A stretch of 64,000 nucleotides of DNA from assembly GCA_963841015.1 (NCBI GenBank), contig CAWJAX010000002.1, forward strand, positions 96,001 to 160,000. The letters run 5' to 3'. This document shows, piece after piece, positions 54,121 to 63,708 of this stretch; within the stretch, counting starts at the first letter, position 1, and each line of letters starts with the position of its first letter. The translations under genes were made by a program, and so were the position numbers. This DNA is from an uncultured Methanoregulaceae archaeon (lineage in GTDB: Archaea > Halobacteriota > Methanomicrobia > Methanomicrobiales > Methanospirillaceae). Below the pieces are notes generated by a model. The model saw only the letters and a program-made list of their open reading frames with translations, was not told where the DNA came from and searched no databases.

Positions 54121-55262
54121 GCATCGAACCCCCGGACCTCAATAAGATATTCGCATTTTTCACCGAGCCGTTCCAGTGCCACATCCTGCCAGCCGGGCAC
54201 TGTTTCCGGTGAACCGATCAGAGCGAGATTAATCTCCCGGGAAAATCGCTTGGGATAGACATCGTGCATGCTGTCCCAATACGTGGCAATCGCATCAGAT
54301 CTCTTGTCGATAAACGCCGGTGAGGGAATCATGTCCCGTTTTTTCCCATTGACACTCTCCAGTGACGGCAGTAAGTTCCAGAGATTGTTATTCTTCCAGA
54401 CCGTGAAGGGAATCATGTGATCCACATGGAGCTTCGCAATATCGTTGATCGGCTTTCCGGACCAGACACATTCAAGGGCATGACAGTTCTGGTACAATTT
54501 CGTATAGACCTGTCGTGCCTCACTCACCGCCCGGCTGGTTTCCGGTACGGTTCTTAATGTTTCCATAACCGAGGCGACCGCGACCGATCCCCCGCTTGCC
54601 TTGCTCGTAAACTCTGCCCATTGATAGACCAGCGAATCATCGCCGGAGATGAAACTCCCCAGGTACTGGAATACCCAAAACAGATCGTTCCGGAACGAAA
54701 ATGTCCCGGAATAATGTACGACCGATTCCTGATCGAACGGTGTTCCAACAGGTATCCGTTGGGCATCGTTGTTATACGTGAAAACAGAGAAATCCCGGTG
54801 TCCCTGCGAGCGGCCCAGGTGTTTCATTGGCATGGTGGTTATCGTGGTTTTGAGTTTTACAATTAATGTACTGACCGTGGAAGAAATTTCAGGTGGGATG
54901 GATCCATTCACGTAGTCGTTATAGAAAACCGAGAAGCCACCTTTTCCTGCATAATAATCCGTTACTTCTTTGAAAAGAGGCCGGAAGGAGATCCTCTTTT
55001 GGAGGGAATCTTCTTTTTCTCCATGCATTTGTGGTAAAAATTCCTGGCTTTCAATAATGGGATAATAATACAGGAGCCATTTCTCAATGAGAAGCCCAAG
55101 AGGGAGAGAGACAAGATCCCCGGCCTCTTTTCTCAGGTGCTGGAATTCCTGCGAGACCTCAATGACGCTGCGTAACAGGGCAAACTTATAGGTCGTATCT
55201 TTGCTGTCCCGCTCAATAATCGTATTGATCGTTTTGAAATTCTGGAGATCAAACGATTCCAT
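54105..55262 (-). CDS. HNH endonuclease with large N-terminal helical domain
   Basis: KDTTYKFALLRS; CVWSG...HVDHMIPF...NNLWNLLP...VNGKKRD. Confidence 0.88.
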   Translation of the reverse strand: MESFDLQNFKTINTIIERDSKDTTYKFALLRSVIEVSQEFQHLRKEAGDLVSLPLGLLIEKWLLYYYPIIESQEFLPQMHGEKEDSLQKRISFRPLFKEVTDYYAGKGGFSVFYNDYVNGSIPPEISSTVSTLIVKLKTTITTMPMKHLGRSQGHRDFSVFTYNNDAQRIPVGTPFDQESVVHYSGTFSFRNDLFWVFQYLGSFISGDDSLVYQWAEFTSKASGGSVAVASVMETLRTVPETSRAVSEARQVYTKLYQNCHALECVWSGKPINDIAKLHVDHMIPFTVWKNNNLWNLLPSLESVNGKKRDMIPSPAFIDKRSDAIATYWDSMHDVYPKRFSREINLALIGSPETVPGWQDVALERLGEKCEYLIEVRGFDAWSIP

Positions 55263-55316
55263 AGTGAAAAGATATCAGTCAATGCTCTTGCTCTTTTCTA
55301 TTTGCGGATGGAATTT

Positions 55317-55365
55317 CCGGGGCTAGCCCACGCGGCAAGGGGCGGAGCCCCGATGAGCGTCAGAC
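55317..55365 (+). repeat. Dispersed ~50-bp hairpin repeat
   Basis: ccggggctagcccacgcggcaaggggcggagccccgatgagcgtcagac; the last 26 bp are identical at 60664-60689. Confidence 0.85.
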
Positions 55366-55367
55366 CC

Positions 55368-57253
55368 TCACTTCCCCACCGCATCCCCGCTCGCCACCAT
55401 CCTCTCGATGAACTCATTCTCCTTCGAATACGTCACAATCAGAACATCCGACGCCCGGGTCATTGCAACATACAGAAACCGCTGTTCCAGATCCCTATCC
55501 GCAGGAGTACGTGGCTCAAACAGATCAGCCCACATCACAAAGACGACCCGGTACTGGAGACCTTTGGCAGAAGCCACGGTCTGGACCTTAATCGACTGTT
55601 CAAAAACTTTCGTGCGGGAATAGTAATCCTCGTTCAGCCACGTGACCGGAGCGAGGGTGCCGAGGTCTTTGAGGAAATTTTTAAAAATCTCATTGTCTTT
55701 GTAGGGTTTTTTGACGTAGAGAATTCCAATCTCCTGAGGCTGTAATGTTATTTGGATCTCGTTGAAGGGAACATTACCTTCAAGAAGAACTTTTGATATG
55801 CTGACAATCCGCTTACATTCATCAGCATGGTCTTTGCATTTAAGGAGAATCGGTTTTGGTCCCCGCCGGATGGCCTGGCTCGGATCTACCGGAACAATCG
55901 AGATGGAATCTTCGTTGTTCTTCACATTTTTCGCCGTGAAATGTGCAGCGAGCTGAAGGATCTCCCGGGTATTCCGGTAATTCCGGTCGAGATCAAATGC
56001 CTGAATGAATGGTCCTGCCCTGCTGCTTTGATGCCGAGCGATTTCCAGCTCACAGAATCCGATGAGCCGAATTCCCTGGTTGCCATCACAGACGATCAGC
56101 AGATCGCCATCAAGAGGATCGTTCAGTGCTTCCAGAATACAGGAGAACCAGATCGGGGGGAAGTCCTGAGCCTCATCCACAAGGATCGCGTCATACTTCC
56201 GGGAATCCCCGGCATGGTTCTGGAGATGCTCCAGCAACCGGCTTCCCAATGCTGCATCATCTTCAAGTTTCCCGGTTGAAGGATCTTCCTTCCGGGATGA
56301 ATTCCATTATGCTTCACCCACCCATCGAAATGAAACACATTGATCCTGGGATAGTCCTTGAGAACATGTTTCAGGTACACACTCAGGACAACATTGTAAC
56401 AGAGCAGCAGGATCTTTGCTTCGGGATCCCGTTCATGCAACCATTTTGCCCGTGCGATAAGAAGAACAGTTTTCCCGGATCCGGCAACTCCATAAATAAT
56501 CCGATGTCCTTCACCAATTTTCCGGGCATTATTCTCCTGCTTGCGATCAAGAACGACAAGATCAAAACATTGCTGAGCATCTATTTCTGTCAGGGATTGT
56601 CGAAGGAATATAACTGAGAATAATTTCCGGGTGAATGATGGATCGGAGCACATCCACCTGTTCGTGATGAAAACGGTGTGATTGGCCAGTAGGGATCAAA
56701 AAACCGCATCAGGGTATTTCGGATCTCCTCGGCAGATGCATTTTCAAGCGCAACCAGTTCATCCCGGAACAGGGTATTATCCATCTTGAAAATTTCCGAA
56801 ATGTTCTGATCCTTGCGCCGTAAAATATTATCCCGGGAAATATTGGATAATACTACAAAATGACAGAACGGGAAGAAGAATTTATTTTTCCGGGGGCCTT
56901 CCTGATGGAGAAGCAGAGAGCGATTCGGACTTCTCTCACATGCCCTGGCCAGCCTCCACATATAATTCCGGGCCTGTTCGAGAGGATGAATCTCCTGCCG
57001 TTCGCGATTATCGAATATTAACTGTTATTTCAGAATGATTCCCTTTGACGATATCGTCAAGATACCAGCCTTTCACTTCAATAATTATTACCCCGAGATC
57101 CGGTGCGATCACAATAAAATCGGGATGACGGTTGTCGATGTTGGGTTCATAATAGATGAGATAGTCATCAGGAAGTTTTTTTAAAATAGCGAATGTTCGT
57201 TCTTCTCCCCGGCTCGCCTTTGAAGACAGGCGATCAGGGATACATTCAGCCAT
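55368..57253 (-). CDS. NERD nuclease + UvrD-like SF1 helicase (several frameshifts)
   Basis: GEERTF..L, HPDFIV..LGVIIIEVKGW; GVAGSGKT; ILVDEAQDF; RNYRNT; SAKGLQY; LYVAMTRA; four ORF fragments. Confidence 0.87.
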
Positions 57254-57468
57254 TTTTAATTACACCAATTGTAAAATTGGGTCTTTATCGATGAATAATA
57301 TTTGTATTATTTTAACCGTGAATGAAATTTTTACGCTCTCTTGATGATATTGATTTAGAGAAATTAGAATGCCCCAATTTTAAAGTTCTCAAAATAAAAA
57401 TTACGTAAACGACACCTTTAACATAATCATTGAAAATAAAAAGCTATCAATACATATTGAGGTAATAG

Positions 57469-57895
57469 ATGACCAGATTCTGCCCTTATTGTGGAAAACC
57501 AGTTACCGATGATATCACAAAAATATGTTCAAATTGTGGAAAAGATCTTTCAGATACACCAGTCGTTGCTACCGCTCAGATAAGTACTTCGATGGATCGG
57601 CAGGAAATATTAGGGCGGGCAATCCCTTTTTTTGCAGCCAAAACCTATGCCGTTCAAACCCAAACAGATTATGTAATTGCATTTGAATCACAAAATCGCG
57701 ATGTGAGACTGGGTAATTTTTTTAGTGCTCTGTTGTTTGGGACTCATCCCCGCAGTAATTTACTATTATTGGTTTACCCACAAACATCAGGTCACGGTTT
57801 CCCTGAGTGGACCCACCGACACCAAAGTCACCGCCATTGGTAATACCGGACAGGCAAAAAATGATGCTGCAGAATTTATGAGGACGTTACAATAA
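57469..57895 (+). CDS. Zinc-ribbon membrane protein
   Basis: FCPYCG...CSNCG; an indel near 57707 restores the TM WVIFLVLCCLGLIPAVIYYYW and the end ...MRTLQ*. Confidence 0.75.
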
Positions 57896-57914
57896 TTTAT
57901 TTCAAGCACTTTTT

Positions 57915-58400
57915 TTAAGATGATTTTTTAATCGTATACGACTTCTCATCAATCAAAGAATTATCCTCGCAGGCTAGTTTTTTCTTAATAGAGTAAGTTT
58001 TCGATAAAATGTAGATTCCTGCACCAGAAATCAATAATAAAACTGCGAGCCATTGACCGTTGGTAATCGCCCAATATCCACCCCCTATTCCAAAGCCTAA
58101 AGCTATTCCTGCAAGAACCCTGCAGAGATGTTGAATTATCAGAACTTTTGTTAATCTTCGTAATTGAGATAATAATGCAAATAGTAAGGCAAAAAAAATA
58201 CTTTCATATCCGGACGGTTTCAGGAAAATCAAAACCAATAACGCTGTCGGGTAAGCCAATAAGCATCCGGCACATAATCTCCTGTTGAACAAAACAATAA
58301 CGTCGTCATCAAAACAGGGACGGTTAGGATGATGAGAAAGTAAAAGTTCTTTAAATTCTTGCGGATTTAAAGACATTCGCATATGATAATAATCGAGCAA
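57915..58400 (-). CDS. DUF2085-like membrane protein (start uncertain)
   Basis: LLSHHP...RLCAGCLLAY followed by 4 TM. Confidence 0.6.
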   Translation of the reverse strand: MLDYYHMRMSLNPQEFKELLLSHHPNRPCFDDDVIVLFNRRLCAGCLLAYPTALLVLIFLKPSGYESIFFALLFALLSQLRRLTKVLIIQHLCRVLAGIALGFGIGGGYWAITNGQWLAVLLLISGAGIYILSKTYSIKKKLACEDNSLIDEKSYTIKKSS

Positions 58401-58504
58401 CTTGATAATTGAGTCTTTTGATTATTGAGGACCAATTCGGATTCTAAAAAAAATCCAACCGCACATTAATCCCCACCCCTCCCCAATCCTGACAGTGTGA
58501 ACCC

Positions 58505-58921
58505 ATGACCGAACAATCGTTTATTACCTGCCTGAATGCACACAACTGTTTCGACCCGTGCTGTGATGCAGAATGCCCAAAACACGCAAATCCCGATGAA
58601 CCGTGCAGAGTCGGGCAGGGGAGCAGGAAGTGCTTCAGGATCGCGTGTCCGACCTGTAAAAATTTTCTGGAAAAAGAGAACGCTGACAAATACACCGATG
58701 AAAACCTTTTACTCGAAGTGAAGAACCTGACCGACGGAATATTTACCGATCTTGATCCTGAAAATGTAGGGCGACCATTGCTTGTTGTTCTGATTGGTGA
58801 TGAGGGGTACTATTACCGGAAGTCACCGGCATTTGATGGTGACTATGATAGCCTTATTACGAGTCTTGGTTATGTAATTGACGATTTGAAAGAGCGTTCA
58901 CCGGGTCAGGATCCCCTCTGA
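58505..58921 (+). CDS. Hypothetical protein with Cys-rich N-terminus
   Basis: Nine Cys in the first ~52 aa; acidic C-terminal domain. Confidence 0.65.
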   Translation: MTEQSFITCLNAHNCFDPCCDAECPKHANPDEPCRVGQGSRKCFRIACPTCKNFLEKENADKYTDENLLLEVKNLTDGIFTDLDPENVGRPLLVVLIGDEGYYYRKSPAFDGDYDSLITSLGYVIDDLKERSPGQDPL

Positions 58922-59059
58922 AAAACAGTCTCCGATGGAGAATCTTAAGGGTAAAAGAATAGATCTCCTTCAGTAGTTTTCGTGAAATTCCAGATCCTCA
59001 AAACAAGCCTTTTTCCCTTCCACACCCACCAATCCATCCATAAAAACGATCCCCCTCCC

Positions 59060-59228
59060 AAACAGGTTTAAACAGGCCGGTTTTCCTGCCCTTAAAACCG
59101 TTCATTCCCGATTATAAGCCCAATAATCACAAATCCGGAAAAACATGCCCAAAAACGCCCCATTCAGGCCGGTCAGAAAAGACTGGGCCAAAACAAAATA
59201 TGCCCTATTTTGAGCCCAGATTGCCATT
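59060..59228 (+). repeat. ~170-bp non-coding direct repeat, copy 1
   Basis: aaacaggtttaaacaggccggttttcctgcccttaaaaccgttcattccc...gagcccagattgccatt, also at 60785-60952. Confidence 0.92.
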
Positions 59229-59450
59229 CCGGGCAATATTTGGATCATAGGTAGTTCGCAGGTCCAAAAAGGAGATCTCACCGTCGGAGGTCCTCTGGCT
59301 TCAGGATTATGTTGATCCCGTTGTACGAAACCTGGACCGCCAGGGAGAACTTTTACGATGTTCGCGGGTCCGTATGCATTCACCGGCAGGGTCCGGCCCG
59401 TTACCGGGATCCACAACACCTATCAGCTCGTGCGTCAAAAAAATGGACAT

Positions 59451-60035
59451 ATGTCTAAAAAAATAGACATCAATGAGAATGATCTGAGTGTACTTGCGCT
59501 CTTCACTGGCGGGTACGACCGGGAATACTATATCCGGGAGATCAGTACGGTCCTCCCGCTGAGTCATGGGACCGCCCAGACGATTCTCGAACGGTTTGAG
59601 AAAAAACTCGTGCTCGCATCGACCCTCAAAGGAAAAACCCGGATCTTCCGGATCAAGCCCGGGGAGATCGCGGTCCAGTATTTCATTCTCGCCGAACAAT
59701 ACAAAAAAATTGCATTCATGGAAGAACGACCCTATGAAACGGAAGTGCTGAACAGGATAGATCCCTTCACCGATGGCATCACCCTCGTCTTCGGGAGCTA
59801 TGCAAAGGGTACAGAAACACAAGAATCCGATCTCGATCTCCTTGTCGCGGGGCACTGTGATGAGGAAAAGATCTCCCGGGTGGGAAAAATGTTCGATAAA
59901 GAGATCAGTATCCATCGATTCGCGGAAGATGTTTTTTTGAAAAACGACCCGCGGGACACTCTTCTCATCGAAGCAAAAAAGCATCATATAGTCTGGAAAA
60001 ACCCGGAGCGTTTCGTCCGTGAGGTGGTCCGGTGA
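59451..60035 (+). CDS. HTH + minimal nucleotidyltransferase (MNT) antitoxin
   Basis: YIREIS...SHGTAQ..L wHTH; VFGSYAKG.ET.ESDLDLLV. Confidence 0.9.
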   Translation: MSKKIDINENDLSVLALFTGGYDREYYIREISTVLPLSHGTAQTILERFEKKLVLASTLKGKTRIFRIKPGEIAVQYFILAEQYKKIAFMEERPYETEVLNRIDPFTDGITLVFGSYAKGTETQESDLDLLVAGHCDEEKISRVGKMFDKEISIHRFAEDVFLKNDPRDTLLIEAKKHHIVWKNPERFVREVVR

Positions 60036-60514
60036 AGAACAAGCTGTCCTGGTGTGCTGATGCAAAAAACGGGATCATGCTTGTCGAGCCAAACAACGAT
60101 GTTGCACTCGCGTATCTTAAGAAGTCCGGGGATGCGATGGAGGCCATGCATTCCGTTGTTTCCCATGACTGGAAAATTTCCGCCGGGTACTATTCCCTGT
60201 ACTTCTCGCTCTATGCAGTGCTGATGAAAGCCGGCATAAAATCGGAAAACCATGTCTGCACAATCGAGATCATGCAGCACATTCTTGCGGATTTTTTTAC
60301 CCGGGAGGAATGTAAATTGATGGAACGGGCCCGGCACGCACGGGTCGAGTCCCAGTACTATACCACAAGCGAGATCCCTGCCGCATTTGAGGATACCCTG
60401 GCAAAACAGGTCCCGCGTTTCCTGGTGAAATGCCAGGGAATTGTAGACCGGATGGATGCAAAAAAGATCCAGAAAATCCGGGAGATATTCACGGAACAGG
60501 TGAAACGAAGGTAA
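60032..60514 (+). CDS. HEPN-domain toxin
   Basis: AYLKKS, GYYSLY..LYAVL...G..SENH, RVESQY; GTGA overlap with the MNT gene. Confidence 0.85.
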   Translation: MKNKLSWCADAKNGIMLVEPNNDVALAYLKKSGDAMEAMHSVVSHDWKISAGYYSLYFSLYAVLMKAGIKSENHVCTIEIMQHILADFFTREECKLMERARHARVESQYYTTSEIPAAFEDTLAKQVPRFLVKCQGIVDRMDAKKIQKIREIFTEQVKRR

Positions 60515-60663
60515 TATTCTCTTTTCAAAGAGATGGACACTCAACAGATGCTGGTGCTAAAATGAGCGTCCCTTTACCAATCATGCTCACCCTGTTGCCG
60601 TCATAAATTTTTTGGCATTCTCATTTATTATTGGACCCCCGGGTCCCGGCCCCTGCTGGCTGT

Positions 60664-60689
60664 GGGCGGAGCCCCGATGAGCGTCAGAC
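60664..60689 (+). repeat. Partial copy of the dispersed hairpin repeat
   Basis: gggcggagccccgatgagcgtcagac, identical to 55340-55365. Confidence 0.85.
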
Positions 60690-60784
60690 ATATCCGGCAT
60701 AGATCGCCAAAAACACCATCTCCGAAACCAGGTGCTCCCCCGCTATCAGGAGGTATAATGGGTCTATTAAGATATCCACAAACA

Positions 60785-60952
60785 AAACAGGTTTAAACAG
60801 GCCGGTTTTCCTGCCCTTAAAACCGTTCATTCCCTATAAAAAGCCCAATAATCATAAATCCGGAAAAACATTCCCAAAAACGCCCCATTCAGGCCGGTCA
60901 GGAAAGACTGAGCCAAAACAAAATATACTCATATTGAGCCCAGATTGCCATT
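60785..60952 (+). repeat. ~170-bp non-coding direct repeat, copy 2
   Basis: Aligns end to end with 59060-59228, with scattered substitutions. Confidence 0.92.
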
Positions 60953-61228
60953 TTGAGCCTTATTTAGTACATAAGAGGAGGACAGGTCAGGAAAGTGTAC
61001 TTCTGGTCCGGCATTTCAAAAATTCCGGGATACTTTTATTTACCTGAAGCCCTATCCCTCACGTGTAAAACCCTGAAAGGATATGCAGGAATGAAGGCAT
61101 GCATCGATCCTGGCCTTCTCACACCATGATGATCCGACCTGATTTTAAAGAGTAGTACCAGAGCATGCAATTGATCGGTATCACCATCGTGAACCCTGCC
61201 CACAGGGAAAACATGAGGTGAATGAAGC

Positions 61229-62728
61229 ATGTCGGAACTCTACAAAAAAATGATTGACGAAGCTATGGCTGCCCAGCGGGCAGATGTGGGCATGGTCAAA
61301 AAGAAGCGAGGCCAGGCATTTGTCATCGATGATGCCAAGGTCTATCTCGATGCGGTAAAGCAGATGAAGGCGGCCGGGGACCAGTCAAAGGCGGTCTTCC
61401 AGCTGCATACCGAATCGGTAAAGGCGCATTTTGAATCCCTGGAAGCACTCACCAGGACCGTCCGACCGGAAGACGACCCCTTTGTTGAGCACTACCAGAC
61501 CCCGGTTGTGATGGAGATACTCTATGACCAGGATCCGGCATTCAGGAAGAGCATCGATGCGTTCGTACAGGCCATCGGGAAATCAGAAGCACTGGTCGGG
61601 AAGGAGGCCGCACGGCGCTATTCCGGGTTCTACGGGCCGACCTGCGTGGTGGACTTTGCCCTTATCCCGGGCAGCACCAGCAACGTGGTCAACCAGATCC
61701 TCCGGAAAGTGAATATTCCGGTTGCCCACAAGCAGGCAATCCTTGCCTCCAAGTCGTGGGGGATGAACACGTCCTATGGCATTGGGGAGGTCTTTGCTCA
61801 CGAGACGGAGAAAGGAGCAACCCTTGCCGATGCCGTGAAGGCAGAGATCGCGATGCTCAAAGATGTTTATGACAAGCCGGTGGAGACACAGGGTAAGCTC
61901 ATGGATGCAGCCGGCATGAACTCGTTTGACTGCCGGAAGTACATGGCGGATTACCGGAAGAAGATGGAACACACGGTAAAAGCCGCGGTTGACGATGGCG
62001 TGCATTATGGCAATATCGTCACGATCCCCGCGTACTGTGTCGGGGACATCGCCCATCACATCTCCCAGTCGACCTTCAACATGTGCAAGGATGATGTTAT
62101 CATGGCGACCATCGAGGCTGCAACCGAGGTCATGGACCTGAACCTCAGAAATGCCATCCCGAAATTCAGGAACGAGTACGACATCCTCTCGCTTGCAACG
62201 GGTGCATCGGCCTGTGCTGCCGAATACCTCCTTGAGCTCGACGGGTTCAACGCGATCATGATTGTCGACCTGCTTACCAAGCGGTGGCATAACTATGTCC
62301 AGCTCTACCCGACCCGGGGTGCAGCCGCGGAACTGCACAACTGCGACTTCATGGATATGATCTACCGGGGCTGGAAGTACCTCGACAAGGCACGCCGGGC
62401 CCAGGATGGTGAACCCGGGATGCTGAAGCCGAAAGTCGGGATCTTCGATGTCGATCTCTCCCCCATCCACAAAAACGAGGTCCTCATGAACCCGCAGCGC
62501 TACGCCTACCCGGCCTGTGCCATCACGGTCCGGGCATCGGCAATGCTGAGACTCTCGGATTACCCGTGCCTCCTCACGAGTGAACCGGTGACCGCCACGC
62601 TCATGACCAACATTATTGCCCTGCACAAGGAGATCGCTGCTGCCCCGGCCCGGATCTGCAAGGACTGTGCATCGGCAGCACTCATGGATTTCCGCCACTG
62701 TTACTGCCAGTGGAAAGAGGCGGTCTGA
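61229..62728 (+). CDS. DUF2193 family methanogen protein (Cys-rich C-terminus)
   Basis: LYKKMIDEAMAAQRAD, PEDDPFVEHYQTP, GFYGPTCVVDFA, CKDC...HCYCQW; GAGGTGA RBS. Confidence 0.88.
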   Translation: MSELYKKMIDEAMAAQRADVGMVKKKRGQAFVIDDAKVYLDAVKQMKAAGDQSKAVFQLHTESVKAHFESLEALTRTVRPEDDPFVEHYQTPVVMEILYDQDPAFRKSIDAFVQAIGKSEALVGKEAARRYSGFYGPTCVVDFALIPGSTSNVVNQILRKVNIPVAHKQAILASKSWGMNTSYGIGEVFAHETEKGATLADAVKAEIAMLKDVYDKPVETQGKLMDAAGMNSFDCRKYMADYRKKMEHTVKAAVDDGVHYGNIVTIPAYCVGDIAHHISQSTFNMCKDDVIMATIEAATEVMDLNLRNAIPKFRNEYDILSLATGASACAAEYLLELDGFNAIMIVDLLTKRWHNYVQLYPTRGAAAELHNCDFMDMIYRGWKYLDKARRAQDGEPGMLKPKVGIFDVDLSPIHKNEVLMNPQRYAYPACAITVRASAMLRLSDYPCLLTSEPVTATLMTNIIALHKEIAAAPARICKDCASAALMDFRHCYCQWKEAV

Positions 62729-62755
62729 TTATTTTTGTTATGGAGGTGAAAAAAG

Positions 62756-62968
62756 ATGAAATGTTACGTGTGTGCAAAGGAAGGAAAAGAGAGTGATGCC
62801 GTTGCTGTATGCATTGCCTGCGGTATGGGGACGTGTATGAAGCATACCATCCGGAAAGAAGTGGATGTCTGGGAAGGGAGTTATCCCCTGCCCTCCCGCA
62901 AGCTGCCAAAGAAGATGCCACGGATGCTCTGTCCGGACTGTAATGCCGCGTATGGAGAGGCAAAGTGA
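62756..62968 (+). CDS. DUF2180 family zinc-finger protein
   Basis: MKCYVC...AVAVCIACGMGTCMKH...LCPDC; GGAGGTGA RBS. Confidence 0.88.
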   Translation: MKCYVCAKEGKESDAVAVCIACGMGTCMKHTIRKEVDVWEGSYPLPSRKLPKKMPRMLCPDCNAAYGEAK

Positions 62969-63708
62969 TGGCATCGCTGGCAAAACGTTGTGTTGCCGAA
63001 ATGGCGGGAACCGCACTGCTCGTGTATTTCGGGGCTGGTGCTGCTGCTATCACGCTGATGATTGCAGAAGGTGCTCATCCTGCGACACCGTTTAACATCG
63101 GTATTGGCGAACTCGGAGGGCTGGGCGACTGGTTCGCGATCGGCATGGCTTTTGCCATCGTGATTGCTGCGGTGATCTATTCCATGGGAAGAATCTCCGG
63201 AGCTCATATCAACCCGGCGGTCACGATTGCGCTCTTTGCAACAAAGAGGTTCCCCGCCGGTGAGACCGGGGCGTATGTCATCGTCCAGTTGATAGGTGCT
63301 GCCATCGGGAGCCTGCTCTTTGCTGCAACCGCCGGCATGGATGCGGTCACCATCGGCGGGCTCGGGGCAACCGCACCGTTTCCCGGGATCGGGTACGGGC
63401 AGGCAATCCTTGCCGAGACCATCGGCACCTTCGTCCTGATGCTGGTTATCATGGGCATTGCGGTCGACAGCCGGGCACCGCAGGGATTTGCCGGGCTGGT
63501 GATCGGGCTTACGGTGGCAGGAATGATAACAACACTGGGCAATATCTCCGGGGCATCACTCAACACGGCGAGGACGTTTGGTCCCTACCTGATCGATTCG
63601 GTACTGGGAAGACCTGCACCCTGGGAGTTCTTCCCGATCTATATCATCGGGCCGATTGTCGGGGCGGTGGCAGCGGCATTCTTTTACGACTGGATCGTAA
63701 CGGAGTAA
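62968..63708 (+). CDS. aqpM: Archaeal aquaporin (MIP family)
   Basis: SLAKRCVAE..GT, PFNIGIG.LGGLGDW, HINPAVT, GGLGATAPFPG, SLNTARTFGP; TGATG overlap with DUF2180. Confidence 0.92.
   Translation: MASLAKRCVAEMAGTALLVYFGAGAAAITLMIAEGAHPATPFNIGIGELGGLGDWFAIGMAFAIVIAAVIYSMGRISGAHINPAVTIALFATKRFPAGETGAYVIVQLIGAAIGSLLFAATAGMDAVTIGGLGATAPFPGIGYGQAILAETIGTFVLMLVIMGIAVDSRAPQGFAGLVIGLTVAGMITTLGNISGASLNTARTFGPYLIDSVLGRPAPWEFFPIYIIGPIVGAVAAAFFYDWIVTE

Noticed and set aside
700-57710. Mass pseudogenisation or programmed frameshifting in many genes (surface protein, REC-PAS, mgtA, DUF2252, SulP, YpfJ, ABC-2, rsgA, helicases)
   Set aside because: The lesions are isolated indels, mostly single inserted bases, with no in-frame stops, spread over unrelated genes. 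One (716) is contradicted by sister repeats. Long-read error is the best explanation.
55340-60689. 26-bp identical pair as attL/attR of a 5.3-kb integrated element
   Set aside because: The sequence belongs to a dispersed repeat family with other copies, and there is no integrase or tRNA target. Not excluded, but unsupported.
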